From a virus (Duplodnaviria; Heunggongvirae; Uroviricota; Caudoviricetes), in IMG/VR virus record IMGVR_UViG_2531839440_000002: a stretch of 27,296 nt of DNA, one strand, 5' to 3'. Shown piece after piece: positions 8,941 through 17,904 of the stretch. Both the position numbers and the translations under genes were made by a program. The notes below the pieces were generated by a model. It did not search any database and was not told the origin of the DNA. It was given only the letters and a program-made list of their open reading frames with translations. The stretch's first letter is position 1. Every line of letters begins with the position of its first letter.

Positions 8941-9216
8941 GTGGCTTCTGTTTCTATCAGCTGTCCCTCCTGTTCAGCTACTGACGGGGTGGTGCGTAAC
9001 GGCAAAAGCACTGCCGGACATCAGCGCTATCTCTGCTCTCACTGCCGTAAAACATGGCAACTGCAGTTCACTTACACCGCTTCTCAACCCGGTACGCACC
9101 AGAAAATCATTGATATGGCCATGAATGGCGTTGGATGCCGGGCAACAGCCCGCATTATGGGCGTTGGCCTCAACACGATTTTACGTCACTTAAAAAACTC
9201 AGGCCGCAGTCGGTAA
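8941..9216 (+). CDS. insA: IS1 InsA
   Basis: 91-aa [43 protein letters not shown]..., GTG start. Confidence 0.9.
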
Positions 9217-9638
9217 CCTCGCGCATACAGCCGGGCAGTGACGTCATCGTCTGCGCGGAAATGGACGAACAGTGGGGCTATGTCGGGGCTAAATCGCGCC
9301 AGCGCTGGCTGTTTTACGCGTATGACAGGCTCCGGAAGACGGTTGTTGCGCACGTATTCGGTGAACGCACTATGGCGACGCTGGGGCGTCTTATGAGCCT
9401 GCTGTCACCCTTTGACGTGGTGATATGGATGACGGATGGCTGGCCGCTGTATGAATCCCGCCTGAAGGGAAAGCTGCACGTAATCAGCAAGCGATATACG
9501 CAGCGAATTGAGCGGCATAACCTGAATCTGAGGCAGCACCTGGCACGGCTGGGACGGAAGTCGCTGTCGTTCTCAAAATCGGTGGAGCTGCATGACAAAG
9601 TCATCGGGCATTATCTGAACATAAAACACTATCAATAA
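9135..9638 (+). CDS. insB: IS1 InsB reading frame (transposase made as InsAB' by frameshifting)
   Basis: 167-aa ORF ...[44 protein letters not shown]...; overlaps insA. Confidence 0.85.
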
Positions 9639-9653
9639 GTTGGAGTCATTACC

Positions 9654-10328
9654 TACTCCCTCAATGTTATTTTTAAAATCATATCTTTTATCAACAATTT
9701 TTATAATGCTTTCTGGATTAATAGCCGCTATGTTTTCTTTATAGACATCGTCGTCATTTGATTTATCTTGGGCTTCATTTTTTAATTCTTCAATAATTTC
9801 TTTAATAAAAATACATGATACTTGTTCGTGGGTTAACTTGTCATTATCACTTAAAGATATAATCTTATCGTATTGTTTATTTCCTTCAGTTTTGCATTTT
9901 TCTTTGAAATCTTTTACGGATATTGCAAAACTATCGAATTGGTGGGCAAGTGGGCCATGCCCAACATCGTGTAACAATGCTGCAATACGTAACTCCTGTA
10001 TAAGACTTGAAGGCATTTTTTTTATATCTAAATATAGATCAATGCCCATATTTTTTCGATTGTAAATTAGTGCATTTAAATCAATATTTTTTAATATTTC
10101 ATACGATAAATGCATTACACCGACAGAGTGTTCAAAGCGAGAGTGCATTGCAGAAGGAAATACTTTATATAGAAACGTGTTCTGCCTGATATCTCGTAGT
10201 CGTTGGAATAAAGGATGGTCAATTATCTTTTTTTCTAGCTTAGTTATTCGAATCACTCCATGTATGGGATCTAAAAACTTCCCCAGAAGTAAGTCTTCAA
10301 AGTTCTCAAGTTTGTTTTTGTTTGTCAT
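9654..10328 (-). pseudogene. HD-domain phosphohydrolase (dGTPase/SAMHD1-like), N-terminal fragment interrupted by IS1
   Basis: ATG at 10326-10328; 225 codons up to the IS1 boundary; motifs HSRFEHSVGVMHLS and LLHDVGHGPLAH; the listed ORF 9573-10328 reads 26 codons into IS1 before stopping. Confidence 0.75.
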
Positions 10329-10389
10329 GAGGCTTTCCTTTTGCTGTAGTTATAATACGAAATTTAAATAGTAATGATGTTTATAGTTT

Positions 10390-10418
10390 CAATGTGTTAT
10401 CTAATGGTTAACACATTG
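10390..10418. promoter_or_regulatory. Dyad-symmetric element CAATGTGTTA-N9-TAACACATTG upstream of the HD-domain gene; candidate operator
   Basis: Perfect 10-bp inverted repeat arms read directly, about 60-90 bp 5' of the HD gene start. Confidence 0.3.
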
Positions 10419-10687
10419 TGATGTAGCATATCAATATGGATTCATATGTTCAATTGGTCTGTGGAGTTTAGTTATGAATAAGATTGATTCTGGTAATACT
10501 TTGTAGTTTAAGCTAGAGGCGGGATTCGTGATGTTCAAATCAGTATGTAATGGAGGTTGTGCATTAGTACTTGCTGCTGGAAATTAAAAATAAAGTTGCA
10601 AGTAATCGACGTTTTCCGAGAGGAGGATGTAAGCATCGCTGACCAAAAAGTATCAACGATGCCTGTTTTGTTTTAACTACAAATTAA

Positions 10688-12190
10688 TTAAATTGCATCT
10701 GCAAACTCTGGGATTTTTCGCTCAAGTATGATTGATGAGTTGCTGTTGTCGCTTTTTTTATTTTCATGATTACGAATAGCCAATGACTCATTAAAGTCTT
10801 TTGCGACTGCTGTCTCAATAAATTCAATTTCTGAATCAGAGTGTTTTTTAACAGCTTCTTTGATCTCATCCAGAGTAACATAGAAAAACTCTTTTCTACG
10901 ATTTACAAGATTGACTCTCTTTTTATCGAAGACATCATGTAGTTCTTTTTCTAATGATGGAGCGTCCTCCGAATAAATCATGGCATGCACATCAAAAATA
11001 AAAGGAACAGATGCATCACCAAGCTCATTTACACGGTCTTGTGGATCAAGACGTCGTGTCATGCCTATTTTATAAACATTCTCCCCAAAAGAACCTATGT
11101 TCGAAATAATATAAACATGACCTTGTTTGGTTTGTTGTGCCATGGATAATGCTCTTTGATGCTTTGATTCAGCCTGCGACAAACTCTGTTCTAGTTCGGC
11201 AATGCGATTTTCGAGGCGCTGCTTCATGTCACCAGTAACTTTTTCCATTTCCTTTCTTGCAGCTTCAATTGCTTTTTTATAACGGCGCTCTTCTGCCTCT
11301 GCGTCTTGCATGGCCTTTTCTATTTCTCGTTGTGCACGCTCCTCCTCTCTCATTTGTGCCCTTATTTCTGCCTGTTCTTCTTTTTCTTTCTGTTTTTGCT
11401 CACGATATTCATGGGTAAGCCACAACTCCTCAAGTTTTTTATTAAGGTATTTAGTATTTATATATATGTGATTTTGCTCGTTTAGTTTATTTATGGCCTC
11501 AAATGCCTTTGTGATGCGTTCTTCCATTTTAGTGATATTTTTCCACGTGCAATTACTAATTGCAGCATCACATTCATTATTAAATGCTCTAGTAGTTAGC
11601 CTAATATTTCTGTCTGTCATTTTTTTACCCTCTGCTCGAGAGCCTTCAACAGTCCATTGGGTTGTGCAATATACTGCACCAGAGTGGGTTTTATCCCGCA
11701 GCATTAATTTCTGTTCATCCCTGATGGATTTTATTTTGTTTTTAAATTGCTCTGAATCTTCAAAATTAAAATGAGGTTCGTAAAATCCTAGTTCGGCTAG
11801 TTCAACATCTTCTGAATAAATAGAAATTTGCTTTACTAACTTATCATATATTTCTTTCTTCTCTTTATAAGTTCTTCTTAGTTCTTGGATTTGTTTATTG
11901 ATACCATCCATTTTTTCAATGGTGTTTGTTAGTTCATTATTGGCATTTTCTTTTACTTTTTGGGACTCTTCTTTTATAATGGAGCATTCTTGCTCTGTTT
12001 TCTCAATAAGCTTCTTACATTCCTCTTCCATATTAAAATAATCTGCAAAGCGAGATTTGTATTCTTCATTTTTTTGATTGCTATCACTTAATTCTAATTG
12101 TATTTTTTTGATGCGTTTGATTGCAGCTATATATAGAACAAGAACAACCAATAAAAATATGATTGCAAGTAATAGTGGAGTTTGAGTCAT
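10688..12190 (-). CDS. Membrane-anchored coiled-coil protein with DUF4041-like central region and C-terminal T5orf172 (GIY-YIG-like) domain; candidate defence protein
   Basis: 500 aa; N-terminal helix PLLLAIIFLLVVLVLYIAAI; long K/E-rich heptad segments; C-terminal GHVYIISNIGSFGENVYKIGMTRRLDPQDRVNELGDASVPFIFDVHAMIY...; AT-rich. Confidence 0.8.
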   Translation of the reverse strand: MTQTPLLLAIIFLLVVLVLYIAAIKRIKKIQLELSDSNQKNEEYKSRFADYFNMEEECKKLIEKTEQECSIIKEESQKVKENANNELTNTIEKMDGINKQIQELRRTYKEKKEIYDKLVKQISIYSEDVELAELGFYEPHFNFEDSEQFKNKIKSIRDEQKLMLRDKTHSGAVYCTTQWTVEGSRAEGKKMTDRNIRLTTRAFNNECDAAISNCTWKNITKMEERITKAFEAINKLNEQNHIYINTKYLNKKLEELWLTHEYREQKQKEKEEQAEIRAQMREEERAQREIEKAMQDAEAEERRYKKAIEAARKEMEKVTGDMKQRLENRIAELEQSLSQAESKHQRALSMAQQTKQGHVYIISNIGSFGENVYKIGMTRRLDPQDRVNELGDASVPFIFDVHAMIYSEDAPSLEKELHDVFDKKRVNLVNRRKEFFYVTLDEIKEAVKKHSDSEIEFIETAVAKDFNESLAIRNHENKKSDNSNSSIILERKIPEFADAI

Positions 12191-12616
12191 TCGTGCTATT
12201 CCTTACGGACAATTTAAGACGTTTTGTATTAAATCCTGTTCAATGTGTATGCGGGTGATTGCTACCGCTTACAATCTTCATAATTATCAGTTAGATAGAC
12301 TCGCTAGTAAATAATTTCATTTTTTGCAATATTCTTATTGAATATTTCAATTTATGAAATGAGCTCTTTATCCTTTCAAGGCGAAAGGTTTCTTCTTCGG
12401 AAATATTTGCTCTCGTGTGACGTATAAAGGCCTTTGATTTTTAAAAAACAGTAGGAAATAATATAGTTACAGTCGGCCTGAACACCCGGCGGTGGGGTTG
12501 CGCTAAACGGGGACGTTTATGCGCACATACAATCTAAACTCTCTTCTCCCTTCACAGATGCAGAAATGCACCTGCGATTTTTTGCATCCAACGTTTGACC
12601 TCTGCGGAGGTGAAGC

Positions 12617-13072
12617 ATGAACCTACCACAAGATGGCATCAAATTACATCGTGGCAACTTCACCGCTATCGGCCAGCAGATCCAGCCTTATCTGGAGGAC
12701 GGAAAATGCTTTCGCATGGTGCTTAAACCGTGGCGTGAGAAACGCAGTCTTTCCCAGAGTGCACTCAGCCACATGTGGTACAGCGAAATCAGTGAATACC
12801 TTATCAGCAGGGGTAAAACGTTCGCCACTCCAGCTTGGGTAAAAGATGCTCTCAAACACACATATCTCGGTTATGAAACCAAAGACCTGGTTGATGTCGT
12901 AACCGGTGATATCACCACTATCCAGTCGTTACGCCATACCTCCGACCTTGATACCGGAGAGATGTATGTCTTCCTGTGTAAGGTTGAAGCCTGGGCGATG
13001 AATATTGGCTGCCACCTGACTATTCCGCAGAGCTGCGAGTTCCAGCTGCTGCGTGATAAGCAGGAGGCGTAA
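12617..13072 (+). CDS. ybcN: YbcN-like lambdoid nin-region protein (151 aa)
   Basis: [58 protein letters not shown]... recalled as DLP12 YbcN family; GGAGG SD upstream. Confidence 0.65.
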   Translation: MNLPQDGIKLHRGNFTAIGQQIQPYLEDGKCFRMVLKPWREKRSLSQSALSHMWYSEISEYLISRGKTFATPAWVKDALKHTYLGYETKDLVDVVTGDITTIQSLRHTSDLDTGEMYVFLCKVEAWAMNIGCHLTIPQSCEFQLLRDKQEA

Positions 13073-13242
13073 TGGCTACACCGCTTATTCGTGTCATGAA
13101 CGGACACATCTACAAAATACCAAATCGTCGTAAGCGTAGGCCTGAGCTGAAACCATCCGAAATACCAACACTGCTCGGATATACCGCCAGCCTGGTTGAT
13201 AAAAAATGGTTGCGACTGGCAGCAAGGAGGAATCATGGCTGA
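13072..13242 (+). CDS. ninE: NinE-like protein (56 aa)
   Basis: ATG overlaps previous stop (TAATG); [56 protein letters not shown]; below ORF-track cutoff. Confidence 0.6.
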   Translation: MATPLIRVMNGHIYKIPNRRKRRPELKPSEIPTLLGYTASLVDKKWLRLAARRNHG

Positions 13243-13525
13243 TTTGAGAAAAGCAGCGCGTGGTCGGGAATGCCAGGTAAGAATCCCTGGCGTATGTAAT
13301 GGCAATCCTGAAACGTCTGTACTGGCACATATCCGGCTGGCTGGATTGTGCGGTACCGGTATCAAACCGCCAGACCTGATTGCCACCATTGCATGTTCTG
13401 CCTGTCACGACGAGATCGACCGTCGCACGCATTTTGTTGACGCTGGATATGCAAAAGAATGCGCGCTGGAAGGTATGGCGAGAACGCAGGTTATCTGGCT
13501 GAAAGAGGGGGTAATTAAGGCGTGA
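13235..13525 (+). CDS. ybcO: YbcO-like Cys-rich putative nuclease (DUF1364 family)
   Basis: 96 aa from [42 protein letters not shown]...; CxxxxxxxC and CSACH motifs; sits before rusA as in DLP12-type prophages. Confidence 0.65.
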   Translation: MADLRKAARGRECQVRIPGVCNGNPETSVLAHIRLAGLCGTGIKPPDLIATIACSACHDEIDRRTHFVDAGYAKECALEGMARTQVIWLKEGVIKA

Positions 13526-13884
13526 ATACCTACAATATCACATTACCCTGGCCGCCGAGCAATAATCGCTATTACCGCCATAATCGCGGGCGCACGCACA
13601 TCAGCGCAGAGGGGCAGGCATACCGCGAAAACGTCGCCCGAATCATTAAAAACGCAATGCTGGATATCGGCCTGGCTATGCCTGTGAAAATCCGCATTGA
13701 GTGTCACATGCCGGATCGCCGTCGCCGTGACCTGGATAATCTACAAAAGGCCGCTTTTGACGCACTCACCAAAGCAGGTTTCTGGTTGGATGATGCTCAG
13801 GTCGTTGATTACCGCGTTGTGAAGATGCCGGTTGTCAAAGGTGGAAAGCTGGAACTGACCATCACTGAACAGGGAGATGAATGA
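13522..13884 (+). CDS. rusA: RusA Holliday-junction resolvase
   Basis: 120-aa [45 protein letters not shown]...[10 protein letters not shown], recalled RusA sequence. Confidence 0.85.
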   Translation: MNTYNITLPWPPSNNRYYRHNRGRTHISAEGQAYRENVARIIKNAMLDIGLAMPVKIRIECHMPDRRRRDLDNLQKAAFDALTKAGFWLDDAQVVDYRVVKMPVVKGGKLELTITEQGDE

Positions 13885-14021
13885 TGTTTGAGTTTTATAT
13901 GGCAGAACTTCTTCGCCACCGCTGGATGCGCCTGCGCTTATATCGTTTCCCCGGTTCTGTTTTGACCGATTACCGAATACTGAAGAATTACGCCAAAACA
14001 CTGACAGGAGCAGGAGTATGA
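13881..14021 (+). CDS. ylcG: YlcG-like small protein (46 aa)
   Basis: [46 protein letters not shown]; overlaps rusA stop; below ORF-track cutoff. Confidence 0.5.
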   Translation: MMFEFYMAELLRHRWMRLRLYRFPGSVLTDYRILKNYAKTLTGAGV

Positions 14022-14106
14022 AGTCAGAGATAACAATCAACTAATACTGTTTTGTTGATTTTTGCTTGTAATTGGCGTTCTGGTCTGAGTTTTGTGGAGT
14101 AAGTTG

Positions 14107-14484
14107 ATGCGTGATATTCAGATGGTTCTTGAGCGTTGGGGAGCGTGGGCGGCTAATAATCATGAAGATGTGACCTGGTCGTCCATTGCCGCCGGTTTTA
14201 AGGGATTAATTCCTTCAAAAGTAAAATCTCGCCCACAATGTTGTGACGATGACGCGATGATCATTTGCGGGTGCATGGCCCGTCTGAAAAAGAACAACAG
14301 CGATTTGCATGATTTATTGGTGGACTATTATGTCGGCGGCATGACTTTTATGGCGCTTGCACGTAAGCATGGGCGATCTGATTGTTGGGTTGGCAGGATG
14401 CTCCAGAAAGCTGAGGGCGTAGTGGAGGGTATGCTGATGGTGTTGGATCTCCGATTGGAGATGGATGCTGATTGTTCGAAATAA
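14107..14484 (+). CDS. Late-gene antiterminator Q (phage 82 / DLP12 QuuD-type)
   Basis: ATG at 14107 preceded by GGAG; [36 protein letters not shown]...; the ORF-track start at 14092 is a TTG. Confidence 0.75.
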   Translation: MRDIQMVLERWGAWAANNHEDVTWSSIAAGFKGLIPSKVKSRPQCCDDDAMIICGCMARLKKNNSDLHDLLVDYYVGGMTFMALARKHGRSDCWVGRMLQKAEGVVEGMLMVLDLRLEMDADCSK

Positions 14485-14584
14485 TTAAAGGAAAAGTTGC
14501 TGTCTGATTCTCATTAGTCTAACATTTTAAATGTTGGAATCGCAACGTAGTTATTATCATATAACAGCTTGTTTCCTGATTTAG

Positions 14585-14611
14585 CCAGCCTCCCCAAAGG
14601 CTGGTTTTTTT
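14585..14611 (+). terminator. Rho-independent terminator about 100 nt after Q (tR'-like)
   Basis: Stem CCAGCCT / AGGCTGG, loop CCCCAA, followed by a run of seven T on the + strand. Confidence 0.5.
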
Positions 14612-14639
14612 CTAATAAGTATTATTTCGGGTAGGGATT

Positions 14640-15111
14640 TTATTGTTTAACCCATAATAATTCATTGACATTGAATCCCAACTTTTGAGCGGTTCGCACA
14701 TAGTCTGCTTTTACTTTATCTGGAATAGTTGGGGTCCTTGCCAGAATCCATAGGTATTCTCTGTTCGGACCACTGACAAGAGCATACTTATACTCATCAT
14801 CCAGTTTGATTACATTATAGCCACCATAGAAGGGGCCAAAAAACGAAACCTTCAACGCTGCAGTTTTAGTATCTCCAGTAAAGTATGCTTTACCTTCGCT
14901 CTCGCTCCATTTATTTTTCGTTGGATCGTATCCACGGTTAAGTACACGAATCCCTCCGTCGTTCCGTTTTCCATAAGTAGCGCTGACCTGTTCCAGACCA
15001 CGTTCGAATCGGTTCTCGAGGCGAGCTATTTCATACCACTTTCCGAGGTAGCGGTTGGCGTCAAAATTTGTAATCGGCTGCACACCTTTAGGTGGTGTCG
15101 GGACCTTACAT
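14640..15111 (-). pseudogene. Blc-type bacterial lipocalin, main body separated from its start and signal peptide by an IS66-family insertion
   Basis: NFDANRYLGKWYEIARLENRFERGLEQVSATY...KVSFFGPFYGGYNVI matches recalled Blc; the reported TTG start at 15120-15122 lies inside the IS terminal repeat. Confidence 0.8.
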
Positions 15112-15141
15112 GTAAGCGTCAACGGAGCACCGTATTGACGC

Positions 15142-16754
15142 TTATTTATTGGTGAGTACTACGTTCCATGGCAGGAGTTCGTCAACACGGTTGGAGGGCC
15201 ATTCCGGCAGTACGCTCAGAATATGGCGCAGATACGCTTCCGGATCGATACCGTTCAGACGGCAGGTGCCGATCAGCCCGTACAGCAGTGCTCCACGCTC
15301 GCCGCCGTGATCGCTACCGAAGAACACGTAATTTTTCTTTCCGAGACAGACTGCACGAAGCGCTCTTTCCGCTGTGTTATTGTCCACCTCCGCCAGACCG
15401 TCATCACTGTAATAACAGAGGGCGTCCCACTGATTCAGTACATAGCTGAACGCTTCACCCAGTCTGGATTTTTTCGACAGCGTGCCATTCTTCTCCACCA
15501 TCCATTCATGCAGCGACGTCAGTAACGCTTTGCTTCGCTGCTGCCTGGCTGCAAGACGCTCTGACTCTGGTAATCCCCGTATTTCATCCTCGATGGCGTA
15601 CAGTTCACTGATTCGCTTCAGGGCTTCTTCTGCCGTCGCACTTTTGCTGCTGATGTATACATCGTGGATTTTTCTCCGGGCATGAGCCCAGCACGCAACT
15701 TCTGTCAGCGCACTACCTTCACGTTCTGCACTGAACAGCCTGTCATAACCTGTGAACGCATCCGCCTGCAGGATACCCCGGAAGGGGCGGAGGTGTTGCT
15801 CCGGGTGTTTCCCCTGCCGGTTCGATGAGTACGCGAACCAGACCGCCGGAGGAGATGACGAACCCGCATTGCGATCATCCCGGACATACGTCCAGATGCG
15901 CCCTGTTTTCGTCTTTTTCAGGCCCGGTGCCAGTACCTTTACCGGTGTGTCGTCAGTGTGAAGCTTGCGGGTATTCATCACATAACGGTACAGGGCATCA
16001 TTCAGCGGCGTCATTAACTGGCAGCACGCGTCAACCCAGTTGGAGAGTAATGCACGGCTCAGTTCGACACCCTGTCGGGCAAAGATTTCACTCTGACGAT
16101 ACAGTGGCAGGTGTTCGCAGTATTTTCCCGTTAACACGCGGGCAAGTAATCCGGGGCCCGCGATACCACGCTCTATCGGGCGGGACGGCGCCGGTGCTTC
16201 AACGATGCAGTCACATTTTGTACAGGCTTTTTTACCCGTTCTGTGCGGATCACTTTCAGGGCGCTGCTCACCAGTTCCAGTTGTTCTGCGCTGACTTCCC
16301 CCAGATAATCCAGCTCACCGCCACACTCCGGGCAACAGCTTTCTTCAGGCTCCAGGCGGTATATTTCACGGGGAAGGTGTGCCGGTAACGGACGACGATG
16401 GCGCGACTGTCGCAACTGGCGGGGAACCAGCGGGTCATCCTCACGCCCACTGTAACGATCGCTTTCCTGCTCGCGTTGTTTCAGCAGGGCTTCAGCCTGT
16501 TCAACCTCACGACGCAGTTTTTCAGAACGGGTTCCGAACAGCATCCGGCGCAGTTTTTCTATCTGAGCCCGCAGATGCTCTATTTCTCGCTCATCTTCTT
16601 CGATCTTTTCTTCGGCACGTGCCAGTGCAGAGCGCAGGAAGGCCTCCGTCTCTTCAACCAGACTCAGTTGCTGGTCTTTCTGACGGAGGGCTTCAGCCTG
16701 CTCAGAGAGCAGCCTTTCCAGCTCAGCGATGCGAATGAGGTATTTCTGACTCAT
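15142..16754 (-). pseudogene. IS66-family transposase TnpC, split into two reading frames by a frameshift
   Basis: N-terminal ORF 16173-16754 (coiled-coil plus CxxC zinc-finger region) and C-terminal ORF 15142-16137 (DDE region); span length 1613 is not a multiple of 3. Confidence 0.75.
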
Positions 16755-16784
16755 GGCCGTTTTTATAATCCGGCCCGGCGTTTT

Positions 16785-17135
16785 TTACAACATTGTCAGT
16801 GCGTTAAGGCGGGATGTTTTTGGCTGACGCCAGTCCAGCTTATCGAGGAGCATTGCCAGTTGCGAGCGGGTAATGGATATCTTACCGTCACGCACCGCAG
16901 GCCAGATAAACTGACCTTCCTCAAGGCGTTTGGTGAACAGGCACAGACCATCAGCATCAGCCCACAGGATTTTAATCGTGTCTCCCCGTCGGCCACGGAA
17001 GATAAACAGGTGACCGGAGAAGGGGTTATCATCCAGCACATGCTGTATCTGCTCCCCCAGACCGTTGAAGGATTTACGCATATCAGTAACGCCGGCAACG
17101 AGCCAGATACGGGTACCTGATGGGAGTGAAATCAT
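16785..17135 (-). CDS. IS66-family TnpB (orf2)
   Basis: 116-aa ORF MISLPSGTRIWLVAGVTDMRKSFNGLGEQIQHVLDDNPFSGHLFIFRGRRGDTIKILWAD... Confidence 0.85.
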   Translation of the reverse strand: MISLPSGTRIWLVAGVTDMRKSFNGLGEQIQHVLDDNPFSGHLFIFRGRRGDTIKILWADADGLCLFTKRLEEGQFIWPAVRDGKISITRSQLAMLLDKLDWRQPKTSRLNALTML

Positions 17136-17566
17136 CGTCCCCTCCCGGTCAGCTCACGGATCAACACCGTGAGCAGCTCTGGTGAAGGATTTTCCAGCAT
17201 CATTTTACCGTAATGGAATTCCGCATGGCAGGAAGCTGCACAAGCAACTGATAATGCCTCCGGAGCAGGAGCATCTGTAGCACAGCGCGGGGTGTCGATA
17301 AGTTCCACTGGAACCAGAGTCGGAGAGGCCGGAAAAGATTGTGATACTGTAGGGCCTACAATAGTTGGAGGCATTCTACGGGAAATACGTCCTTCTCTTT
17401 GCCAGAGGCGTAGCCATTTAAAAATCAGGTTGTTATCAACGCCATGTTCCCGGGCCAGTTGTGCAACATTGGCATTTGGTTTCGAAGCCAGTTCAACCAT
17501 ATGAAGTTTAAATTCATTAGAAAATATCCGGCGGGTTCCGGAGCGCCAGTCTGTAGGTTTATCCAT
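17132..17566 (-). CDS. IS66-family TnpA (orf1)
   Basis: ATG at 17564-17566 (track start 17569 is TTG); MDKPTDWRSGTRRIFSNEFKLHMVELASKPNANVAQLAREHGV...; overlaps tnpB start. Confidence 0.8.
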   Translation of the reverse strand: MDKPTDWRSGTRRIFSNEFKLHMVELASKPNANVAQLAREHGVDNNLIFKWLRLWQREGRISRRMPPTIVGPTVSQSFPASPTLVPVELIDTPRCATDAPAPEALSVACAASCHAEFHYGKMMLENPSPELLTVLIRELTGRGR

Positions 17567-17651
17567 CAATAGAACTCCGTCTAATTTAGAAGGAGCTCTA
17601 ATTTAGTCTGCAAGGAGCAGGTGTTACAGACGGCATTGGCTTTACGCTTAC

Positions 17652-17712
17652 CCTTACATGCTATAAGAGTGAAAGAGAGTGCAATGCCAGTCAACACAGG
17701 CCATAACTTCAT
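17652..17712 (-). pseudogene. N-terminal fragment of the lipocalin gene (signal peptide with lipobox), cut off by the IS66-family insertion
   Basis: ATG at 17710-17712; MKLWPVLTGIALSFTLIAC then runs into the duplication; joined to 15111 downwards gives ...LIACKVPTPPKG... in frame. Confidence 0.55.
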
Positions 17713-17904
17713 AATAAATCCTGTACTTTTGATAGTTGAGAGTAAGTATGAAAGATAGATGATTACGACCGATCACTTAAAGAACTTTCATACTATATTA
17801 GGAATAGTCCATAACAGAAAAATTGTCAGTGATGACGCCAGAAAGGCAATTTATTCCGTGCACTACACAGTTTATGTGTTAATGAATTAGTCAAGGGGGA
17901 GGAT

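Larger units (their letters stand above)
8886..9653 (+). mobile_element. IS1 insertion sequence (768 bp), flanked by 9-bp direct repeat TACTCCCTC
   Basis: Ends GGTGATGCTGCCAACTTACTGAT... and ...GTTGGAGTCATTACC match recalled IS1 terminal inverted repeats; duplications at 8877-8885 and 9654-9662. Confidence 0.95.
15112..17651 (-). mobile_element. IS66-family insertion sequence (2540 bp) flanked by 8-bp direct repeat CCTTACAT
   Basis: Inward-facing GTAAGCGT termini at both ends; three-ORF tnpA-tnpB-tnpC organisation; duplications at 15104-15111 and 17652-17659. Confidence 0.85.

Noticed and set aside
9573-9653. C-terminal 26 codons of ORF 9573-10328
   Set aside because: This part is IS1 sequence read on the opposite strand; the real gene continues at 8885 after IS1.
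14585-14611. Hairpin as terminator for the convergent lipocalin gene
   Set aside because: The T-run follows the stem only on the + strand, so it is oriented for rightward transcription from Q, not for the minus-strand gene.
15168-17120. Plus-strand ORFs within the IS66-family element (up to 240 aa)
   Set aside because: Antisense to tnpA/tnpB/tnpC; low-complexity Arg/Pro/Cys-rich translations.
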